From Faecalibaculum rodentium (GTDB lineage Bacteria > Bacillota_I > Bacilli_A > Erysipelotrichales > Erysipelotrichaceae): 32,000 nucleotides of DNA. The notes under the pieces are model-generated. The model was given only the letters and a program-made list of their open reading frames with translations, made no database searches and had not been told where the DNA came from. Positions 22,354 to 29,584 of the stretch are shown in pieces (positions within the stretch are counted from its first letter, which is position 1; every line of letters begins with the position of its first letter). The stretch spans positions 540,001 through 572,000 of the forward strand of contig NZ_CP011391.1 in the NCBI RefSeq assembly GCF_001564455.1. Direction: 5' to 3'. The position numbers and the translations under genes are program-made.

Positions 22354-24483
22354 TTAATTCCTCCTATTTTTGATTTCGTATTCCAGCAGAAGATCATCGA
22401 TGGTCTCTTCTAACTGGCTGCTGTTGATGTAGATCATTGCCGCTCCCGTATAAAGGTTTTCATCAAGATAGCCGTGTTCGTAGTCATCATGATCCAAGTC
22501 GTCAATTGATCTGGATCTTGCAATCTCAAGCGGCTGCAGCAGTTCACGATAACTTGCGACATCAAACCTGTTCGCTTCGCCATCTGGCCCATGGATCGTT
22601 TTTTCAATATTTGGATGATCCATCAATGTGTATTTCTCGTCTTCGAAGATTTGTCGTCCTCGTATGTGGACCAGACAGTGATTTGTAGGAATTCGGTTGA
22701 TTTCATCAGCTCCATAAAGAGGCCGCTGATAGATCTGATCTGTTTCCGAGTATCCACCGCTTCGCCCTTTAGAGACGGTTTTCGACTTATAAATGACCGT
22801 TTCATTACCAATCAGCTTGGATAACATCTCAGTTGTGGTTGGTCCTTTTCCACCCAGAAACAGCGTGGTTGAACAGTTCTCAAAAATTGCCTCCCATTGT
22901 TTTTCGTAGAGCCCTTTAAGCTGTGACAAACCCTGAACAATAAATGACGCTGAGATATTACGGGACCGCATTGTGGCGGTCTTGATGTCTATATCAAGCT
23001 GCTTACCTGTCGTAGCAAACTCGTCATTGATAATGCGAGTATGGATTGGCAGCGCGTGGTCCTTACGTCCGTCCGCCGCACGGTACAGCTGATCGTATAC
23101 CTGCTGCAGGATGATTGATGCCAGAAAAGAAAAAGTTCTGTCCGAATCAGAAATGATTACAAACAGAACAGTTTTTCGTAGCTGATCCGGATCGATTTTT
23201 TCATAGTCTCTGCCCGTCAGGCTTTCCCAGTGGCTGCGAGTAATGTCTTTAGATAGATCATCATGGGCATTTTTATTCATAACCAGTGGGGTGCCGATTC
23301 TCTCAAGATGGAGTTCATCCTCTTTCAGGATGTTCTTCAGCCCTGGGAGATTAAATACAGACAGGCGAACACCAACAGATACAAGGATGCTTTTAGCTGT
23401 TTTTCCAGCGGACATTTTGAACATCTTGTAGTTCTTCACAGCAAGCTCTCCAAACTGCACTTCTTCCCATGTTGCGCCTTGATCTCTGCACTCGGCCAAG
23501 TCTTTTTCGAGCTGCTCGAATAGTAGATCCAATTCTGACTTAAAAGTGTCGGCGCCTTGCTCTTCTTTGGCTTCTGCAAGGAGCAAGAGATCCATCACAG
23601 TGTTGAAGTTTTGTTCTGCCGTATCCTTAAAAACATGTTGGACAAAGAATACAAGGGCAACGATAAATGTCTGTTCAGCCTTGACGAAGAAATCGTCACC
23701 GCCGGTTTTTTCTTTTGACGTGGTATTTTCGATCAGTGAGACGACAAATTTCTGTATGTCATTCGGCTCAAAAAAATAGTGAAATGGGTTATATCCCATA
23801 GATTTGCCCATGTCAACCAGGTTCAAATACCTTATGTCGTAGCCGCCTACTTTCAGGGCGTTGCCAACTTCTTCGGCAACACTCCCTTTAGGGTCCAGCA
23901 CAACATAGTTTGAATGCATTTGCAGCAAGTTAGGTTTAACGTACGACATGGTTTTCCACGACCCAGAGTCACCAATTACCATGACATTATCATTGAGATT
24001 TGTGTTTCGAGTATTCATGTCGAGTCGGATATTTTTGGATAAAAGAATATCCTTCGTCCGGTCATGGCCTGCCAGGACTTTAGCTTCCTCCAGTTTTGCG
24101 TTTTTTGCAGACCCATGCTCTTCTTTGGGACGTAGGTTCTTCTTTGATCGCTGAATTTCGGCCCAAATGAGCCATCCTATACTCATTACAATAAGTGCTG
24201 TGGCCATGAAAGCCATCGGATGGAAGCCCGCCTCTCTAAGACGCCATCCGTTGGTTAATCCATAGGTAAATGCTTCCTCTGAATTCTGAACCATTGGAAG
24301 CAACCTCATGGTAAAAGCCAGAGTACCGTAGAGATACAAGGATCCGAAAAAGGCTGCTACGGAGATTAGAAACGGTTTCATTCGAATCGAAGAATATTTC
24401 TTTTTTCTGTTAGAACCTTCTTCGCCTGAATGCTCTGGAGTTTCATATTCTTCAGACCCAACAGCTGGGTTTATTTCGCTCAT
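22354..24483 (-). CDS. virD4: VirD4/TraG-family type IV coupling protein
   Basis: Two N-terminal TM helices and a P-loop region NVMVIGDSGSWKTMSYVKPNLL. Walker B-like VLFVIISDSD. 709 aa. ATG overlaps the upstream stop (ATGA). Confidence 0.85.
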   Translation of the reverse strand: MSEINPAVGSEEYETPEHSGEEGSNRKKKYSSIRMKPFLISVAAFFGSLYLYGTLAFTMRLLPMVQNSEEAFTYGLTNGWRLREAGFHPMAFMATALIVMSIGWLIWAEIQRSKKNLRPKEEHGSAKNAKLEEAKVLAGHDRTKDILLSKNIRLDMNTRNTNLNDNVMVIGDSGSWKTMSYVKPNLLQMHSNYVVLDPKGSVAEEVGNALKVGGYDIRYLNLVDMGKSMGYNPFHYFFEPNDIQKFVVSLIENTTSKEKTGGDDFFVKAEQTFIVALVFFVQHVFKDTAEQNFNTVMDLLLLAEAKEEQGADTFKSELDLLFEQLEKDLAECRDQGATWEEVQFGELAVKNYKMFKMSAGKTAKSILVSVGVRLSVFNLPGLKNILKEDELHLERIGTPLVMNKNAHDDLSKDITRSHWESLTGRDYEKIDPDQLRKTVLFVIISDSDRTFSFLASIILQQVYDQLYRAADGRKDHALPIHTRIINDEFATTGKQLDIDIKTATMRSRNISASFIVQGLSQLKGLYEKQWEAIFENCSTTLFLGGKGPTTTEMLSKLIGNETVIYKSKTVSKGRSGGYSETDQIYQRPLYGADEINRIPTNHCLVHIRGRQIFEDEKYTLMDHPNIEKTIHGPDGEANRFDVASYRELLQPLEIARSRSIDDLDHDDYEHGYLDENLYTGAAMIYINSSQLEETIDDLLLEYEIKNRRN

Positions 24484-25229
24484 CGACTCACCTCCTTTCC
24501 TGTGCTTCTCTTCTGACTAGATTTAGAGATTTTGGCATCCCTTGTAGATGTCTCGTGCTCTCTCTGGGTTCTCAAAGCATTGATTTTAAGTGTTTGCAAT
24601 TTCTGCTTCAAGGGTACGTGAGTCCTGTTTCTAGCTTCCAGCTTACGGCAGATATACTCCCATTTCGGTATATCGCATTCCGCAAAAGCAAGGAGATGTT
24701 CCGCATCAATCAATACCGGCTTTCTGTCAGCCCCGATTTTCAGGTCCATGATCGGCAAACCTCTTTTATTAAGGACCAGGTTCCCGTGTTCATCGAGCCT
24801 CGGCTCTTTTAAAAGGAACTTATCCAGCAGTTCCCCATCTTTGCCCGTTACTGATCCGGGTTCTGAAACGAACTCTTGGTAGAGTTGTTCCAGGTTGGCA
24901 GGACGTTTGGCCAGAAAATAGTTAACATTCATCTTTTTGCATTCACGCTGTATAAGTTTCCTGTCCTCATCGTGAATTCCTATCTTCATCGTTCTACTGT
25001 CTTTTGAGAGCAAATTAAGTTCTTCAAGACTGGACTCTTTCTTAAACTGAGACCCGTAGTGCCTCTTTCCGTGCAAGACGTTATAGTAAACCGAATCTCC
25101 GTGAGCAAGTTGTGCCAAATAAAAAGCGTTCAGAAAATCTCTGAGCGCTTTTACAACGCTGGTCCCTGCCTGCACGGCAATTGTAATTGAACTGCCTGCA
25201 GCATGTTTGACTTCGTTATCAATCGACAT
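24480..25229 (-). CDS. PcfB-like (DUF3801) protein
   Basis: Preferred ATG 25229 (MSIDNEVKHAAGSSITIAVQAG...) follows a purine-rich tract. The ...HGKRHYGSQFKKE...IGIHDEDRKLIQRECKKMNVNYFLAK pattern and the position just 5' of the T4CP gene recall pCF10 PcfB. Confidence 0.55.
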   Translation of the reverse strand: MSIDNEVKHAAGSSITIAVQAGTSVVKALRDFLNAFYLAQLAHGDSVYYNVLHGKRHYGSQFKKESSLEELNLLSKDSRTMKIGIHDEDRKLIQRECKKMNVNYFLAKRPANLEQLYQEFVSEPGSVTGKDGELLDKFLLKEPRLDEHGNLVLNKRGLPIMDLKIGADRKPVLIDAEHLLAFAECDIPKWEYICRKLEARNRTHVPLKQKLQTLKINALRTQREHETSTRDAKISKSSQKRSTGKEVSR

Positions 25230-25491
25230 TTCTCTTCTCTTTCTCTTTGGTTTGCTCAAACTTGAGCCTCTCGCAAATGTTAGCGACAAACAACAAAATT
25301 GCGATGATGATGATCCAGAAACTGTTTGCAATTATAATTGAGGTCAGCACATTAATCGCATAATAATCAATCAAACTCGTCATTCGCAGAAGAATTGAGC
25401 CGGCCAGAACAATAAGAAGAATAATCCCGATCTTTGCCCAAGTCTTGTTATATGCGGCTACAAGATCAGTAGTCTTCTTCATGGTCCTCAT
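25219..25491 (-). CDS. Small membrane protein (hypothetical)
   Basis: Two to three hydrophobic spans. Start ambiguous (ATG 25491 or 25482). Overlaps both neighbours by a few codons. Confidence 0.45.
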   Translation of the reverse strand: MRTMKKTTDLVAAYNKTWAKIGIILLIVLAGSILLRMTSLIDYYAINVLTSIIIANSFWIIIIAILLFVANICERLKFEQTKEKEKRNVD

Positions 25492-25786
25492 TTACAAAAA
25501 AATTTATATCATCTTTCACATAGTTGGTTGCAATGTTGCCATCTGAAACAGATTTTTCTTCCCGGTCTTCGACCTTATTAAATAGAGCAGCCTGCTGCTC
25601 TCTCAACTTCAGGATCTGTTTTTCGTATCGCTCGAATTTCTTGATTTGATCATCGAGTGTTTTTAAACGATCTTCTTTTTCAGCGAGTTCGACTCGCAGA
25701 GCATCTGTGCGCTGCATAAGTGTTTCTCGCTCTTTCTTTAGATTTTCAACAGTAGGTGGTTTTGGTGCCTTAGCTTTTCTTGCCAT
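25466..25786 (-). CDS. Small coiled-coil protein (hypothetical)
   Basis: 106 aa. Heptad-like charged sequence (LKKERETLMQRTDALRVELAEKEDRLKTLDDQIKKFERYEKQILKLREQQ). Basic N-terminus and acidic C-terminus. Confidence 0.5.
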   Translation of the reverse strand: MARKAKAPKPPTVENLKKERETLMQRTDALRVELAEKEDRLKTLDDQIKKFERYEKQILKLREQQAALFNKVEDREEKSVSDGNIATNYVKDDINFFVNEDHEEDY

Positions 25787-25800
25787 AAATTCTCCTTTCT

Positions 25801-25836
25801 AACAAATAAAAGTCGGTGCTAGATTCGCATCCGACT
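25801..25836 (-). terminator. Hairpin terminator between the pilus operon and the transfer genes
   Basis: AGTCGG (25811-25816) / CCGACT (25831-25836). TTTATTTGTT follows on the minus strand. Confidence 0.45.
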
Positions 25837-25863
25837 CAGCCATTTCTTAGTTCTCATCCAGTC

Positions 25864-26859
25864 CTAGTTCTGCTTTCTTTTCATCTTGATCGCGATGATA
25901 CCTACAATCACGATTGATGCACCGCCGATTGCCATCAGCAGTCCAGCGTTGGTCCCAACAGCAGTTTTGGCACCTCCCAAAAGAGTGTTGTTGTAGACAT
26001 AGTGATAGATCAGGTCATCACCTGGATCCACCTTTGAATCATTGACATACATTCCTTCGTCATTGATCTCGACTTTGACAACCTCGTCAGACAGCATGTA
26101 GCCCATTGGGGCGCCAGTTTCTTTGATATAGGTGATGCCGTAATCGACCTCAAATGTAGCCGTCCCATCTGTAATGTTCCCAGCTACTACATCGAGTTTC
26201 TCTTTGCACTCAGGGTCAGAATAACTCGTGAACTGAAAGTCGTTTGAAGTGATAGCTACACCTGTAGCTGCATCGACCTTATCAACGGCAATTTTTGGCA
26301 GCTGATCGTGTTTAGGTAAAACATCTACATCATATAAGAACAACTCATCTACATCATCCCATGTGGGTATGGCGATCAAGAACGGGGCAATGAATTCATA
26401 ACCCGCAATATCTTCCGCCTGAAGCAGATAGACGCCTACACTCAGCTGATCGGCTCTGGTCTTTCCCTGATAGTCAGTCACCAGTTCTGTTACCAGCGAC
26501 TCATCAGCGAACCGCGATAGCTTTCTGGCAACTTCCTCCATATCGTTAGCTGTCTTGATGTCGTTGAGATCAACTTCAGATTGTGCAAAATCATCATTCA
26601 GGACGTACTCACCATTAATGACGTCCGCTACCTTGTAAAGACCGAATTTGACATTATCACGCGGGCGATTGTCTTTGGATTCCGTCAGCTCAATGCTGAT
26701 ACTGCCAAGCCCGTTTTCAGGAACCTTAGTCAGGTCCTTTTCAGGCACTAACGTAACATCCGGAGTCCTGTCACTTTCAGCGAGAATTGTGTGAGATCCG
26801 GCAAGTGCACCACCGGCAACCATCCCAGTGATCAATGCCGCGCTGATCTTTCTATTCAT
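25864..26859 (-). CDS. SpaA/Cna-B-type pilin-like protein (basal or minor subunit) with TM anchor but no canonical LPXTG
   Basis: Signal peptide. FGLYKVADVINGEYVL and YIKETGAPMGYML (the Y.l.ET.AP.GY pilin E-box-like motif). C-terminus is ...NNTLLGGAKTAVGTNAGLLMAIGGASIVIVGIIAIKMKRKQN. Confidence 0.65.
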   Translation of the reverse strand: MNRKISAALITGMVAGGALAGSHTILAESDRTPDVTLVPEKDLTKVPENGLGSISIELTESKDNRPRDNVKFGLYKVADVINGEYVLNDDFAQSEVDLNDIKTANDMEEVARKLSRFADESLVTELVTDYQGKTRADQLSVGVYLLQAEDIAGYEFIAPFLIAIPTWDDVDELFLYDVDVLPKHDQLPKIAVDKVDAATGVAITSNDFQFTSYSDPECKEKLDVVAGNITDGTATFEVDYGITYIKETGAPMGYMLSDEVVKVEINDEGMYVNDSKVDPGDDLIYHYVYNNTLLGGAKTAVGTNAGLLMAIGGASIVIVGIIAIKMKRKQN

Positions 26860-27682
26860 AGGTTCTCTCCTTTCGCTTATGGAAAAAATCTTTAATGGGT
26901 CTATATAGACCTATAAAAATGAAAATGAATGGTAATGAAGCAAATATCAGTTCCCGCCAGGAAGGGGGAGCAGGCATGACTGCCTGTGCAGCCATTTCTG
27001 AGTAGGGAACTTGATGGGCTGTCACTAACAGCCGATGGGTGTTGATCCCATAGGGAGTACAAGTCACTAGTGTTATTAGATCTTTACCACCCACCGTTTG
27101 CAGCTTGTCCATATCTTCGGGGTCGATAACTTCGATATTCTCCACTTCGTAAGCCAACTTTCGGCTAGAGATGTCAAGGAAAATCAGATCACCCGTTTCC
27201 AGCTCATCTAACCGGGTGAATAGCTTAGAATTTGGAAGCCCGCGGTGAGCTGTAAGAACGCTTCGTGAATTCTCGCCGCCAACAGGTAAACTTGAACCTT
27301 GAAGATGACCGACGCCCTTGGAAAGCACTTCATCATCCGTCCCATGGTAGATAGGCAAGCTGATATTGATCTTCGGGATAGAAATGGATCCCATCAGACC
27401 TGTTCCAGCCAGATTCAGCTGACTTTCGTAGTTCTCGTCGCTGTAGAATTCAGCATCAGCATTTCCCACGATGGCCCCTTGTGCCTGCCACAACCGAGTA
27501 TTGTATTCATCGGCATTTTTTAAAGCCTCTTCCGCTGTATTCTCGCTGGCTGATACAGTCTGGTTAAAACTACTGATCACACTTTTTTGCTCTAATCCAG
27601 CGATAAGGCCCAAGACGAGAGGGGCAGCACAGAGTAGGAAACCGATGACAAAAAACAATCTGGAGAATATCTTCCTTTTCAT
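26852..27682 (-). CDS. srtC: Class C (pilin-polymerising) sortase
   Basis: N- and C-terminal TM segments. VLTAHRG (catalytic His), TLVTCTPYG (TLxTC Cys) and THRLLV (Arg). Confidence 0.9.
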   Translation of the reverse strand: MKRKIFSRLFFVIGFLLCAAPLVLGLIAGLEQKSVISSFNQTVSASENTAEEALKNADEYNTRLWQAQGAIVGNADAEFYSDENYESQLNLAGTGLMGSISIPKINISLPIYHGTDDEVLSKGVGHLQGSSLPVGGENSRSVLTAHRGLPNSKLFTRLDELETGDLIFLDISSRKLAYEVENIEVIDPEDMDKLQTVGGKDLITLVTCTPYGINTHRLLVTAHQVPYSEMAAQAVMPAPPSWRELIFASLPFIFIFIGLYRPIKDFFHKRKERTYE

Positions 27683-27685
27683 CGA

Positions 27686-29572
27686 TTACTCTTCGCTATT
27701 CTGCTTCTTCTTGCCTTTGCTTACAGCCAGACCAACCGTTCCCATAGCGACACCTGCTCCAAGCATGATCAGTGTCCAGTTGGAACCAGTAATAGGCAGC
27801 TTTGATCCAACTTCATTGATGACTGTGATATTGGCGGCTCCTTCTTCTGCGTTAGCTTCTAGAACCAGATTCTCTGTCTTTTCGAGGCCGCCGTAGAATG
27901 TTTTAACTGTGGCAGTAGCTTCCAGATTAACAAGGATCTGGTCCGTTGCTCCTTGGCCTTCAACATAAGAGTTTCGGTCGGTCGTGAATGTCGGCTTCAG
28001 AGTGAGCTCAATGGGATCCAGCAGCGGGCGGTAGCCATCAGGAGCCGCGGTCTCTTTCAGCCAATAGGTTCCCTGGTCCAAACCATAGATATTGAATACA
28101 CCGTTAGCGTCAGACACCATCTCTACCGCTTCTGCAGGGACAGCGCCACCGGTGTGATCGGTGCCGCCTACCGCATCTCGGTTGATGACGATATAGCCAT
28201 TTGTTCCTTGCTTTAAGTAGACCTCATTCTGGCAATCTGCATCGCTATACAGGCGGAATTTAGCCCCTTCCAGGGTTTTGTCATAGTTGTTCAGTTTCAG
28301 TCCGTTTACTTTATATGTGAAGCACACTACGGTATCCCAGGGTGTAAAGCCTGTTTCGCCGGTGCCATTAGAGTCAGGATTGTTAGAGAATTCGAGACGG
28401 ACCTGGTTTTCAAAGCCAGGACGTCCAGTCTGATCAGCGGCCGAATCATTCAGTCTCGCATTGTATGTCAGTTCAATTTTCTGACCATAAACGTTTTCGT
28501 TGTTATTATTCAGACCACCAGGGAATTCGCGATCAATAATGGCTTTCAGATCCGCAATTTCAACACGGAACGTTGCACCTGAAACTGACTCATTTACGTT
28601 AAATTCGCCAGATTTGAGTGTATATGTCTTCTGTGCTGAGTTAGCTTGATTGGGGTTTTCGGATCCTTTGATCGTGATCTGTACAGATGCAGGATCAAAG
28701 GTAAGCGCAGGATCCATGTTGTCCCAGAAAGCGAGATAGTAAGAGTGATAACCGTTCATATTCGGGGCTGATGTCTGGTACCGATAGGGGACAGTTTGAC
28801 CGATTTCAAAATCGGCAACATCATTCCATCCGATTCCGTTGTCATCTTCGTTTATCTGCTTCTCCACCAGTGGATAGTCCGATTTGATCTTGATGGAGGC
28901 TGTAGGATTAGCCGTGGAAACGATACACATTGATGCAGCTGAGTGCCCGCCGTTATTGCCTACATTTTCTTCATCTACGACGTAATATCCGTAGTCCAGA
29001 CCACCGATCTGGATGGATCCATTGGCCTGAGTCTGAGTGACTGTCACGGACGAACCTGTAATACCCTGCTTTTTGATCTCATCTCTAAGATCCTCCACAA
29101 AGTAACGGAAATCGCTGTAGGATCCTTCAATTGTCTGGTTTGCATTTGCACCTTCGACAGGATTGGTATTGAGGGACTGAATATAATCAATGATCTGGTA
29201 ATCATTTACAGAATCAGTAGATAACTTGAGGGCAGTGCCTACAACACTCTGCAGAGCGGATCTATAAACAGGATTTACATCATAATTGATTGACTCGCCA
29301 TCTTTGGAATTTTCAGCTGTGAATAACTGATACACCTGGAATTTCTTTCCCAGCAGAGTCTGACCAGTATTTGCAGTAATCGTAATGCTGGCTGTTCCGG
29401 TTCCAAGACTCGCAATGCCATTAGGCGTGTTAGAAGTCGGGTTTAAGGCATATTCTTCCGCATGAGCTACAATGGGAGAACCAAAAGAAAAAGCGGTGGG
29501 TCCACCGCAAAGCATGGCTGTCAGAGCCATTGAACTAATGGCTGCTGTTTTGTAAAAACTTTTTCTCATCAA
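27686..29572 (-). CDS. LPXTG major pilin candidate (isopeptide-forming SpaA-like domains)
   Basis: Signal peptide. YWLKETAAPDGY E-box-type motif. C-terminal sorting signal LPITGS plus hydrophobic span plus KGKKKQ. Confidence 0.8.
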   Translation of the reverse strand: MMRKSFYKTAAISSMALTAMLCGGPTAFSFGSPIVAHAEEYALNPTSNTPNGIASLGTGTASITITANTGQTLLGKKFQVYQLFTAENSKDGESINYDVNPVYRSALQSVVGTALKLSTDSVNDYQIIDYIQSLNTNPVEGANANQTIEGSYSDFRYFVEDLRDEIKKQGITGSSVTVTQTQANGSIQIGGLDYGYYVVDEENVGNNGGHSAASMCIVSTANPTASIKIKSDYPLVEKQINEDDNGIGWNDVADFEIGQTVPYRYQTSAPNMNGYHSYYLAFWDNMDPALTFDPASVQITIKGSENPNQANSAQKTYTLKSGEFNVNESVSGATFRVEIADLKAIIDREFPGGLNNNNENVYGQKIELTYNARLNDSAADQTGRPGFENQVRLEFSNNPDSNGTGETGFTPWDTVVCFTYKVNGLKLNNYDKTLEGAKFRLYSDADCQNEVYLKQGTNGYIVINRDAVGGTDHTGGAVPAEAVEMVSDANGVFNIYGLDQGTYWLKETAAPDGYRPLLDPIELTLKPTFTTDRNSYVEGQGATDQILVNLEATATVKTFYGGLEKTENLVLEANAEEGAANITVINEVGSKLPITGSNWTLIMLGAGVAMGTVGLAVSKGKKKQNSEE

Positions 29573-29584
29573 TCTACTTTCTTT

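Noticed and set aside
25864-25990. A canonical LPXTG sorting signal in the 331-aa pilin-like protein
   Set aside because: The C-terminus has the hydrophobic span and basic tail but no LPXTG-like pentapeptide in this frame. I left it as a non-canonical anchor.
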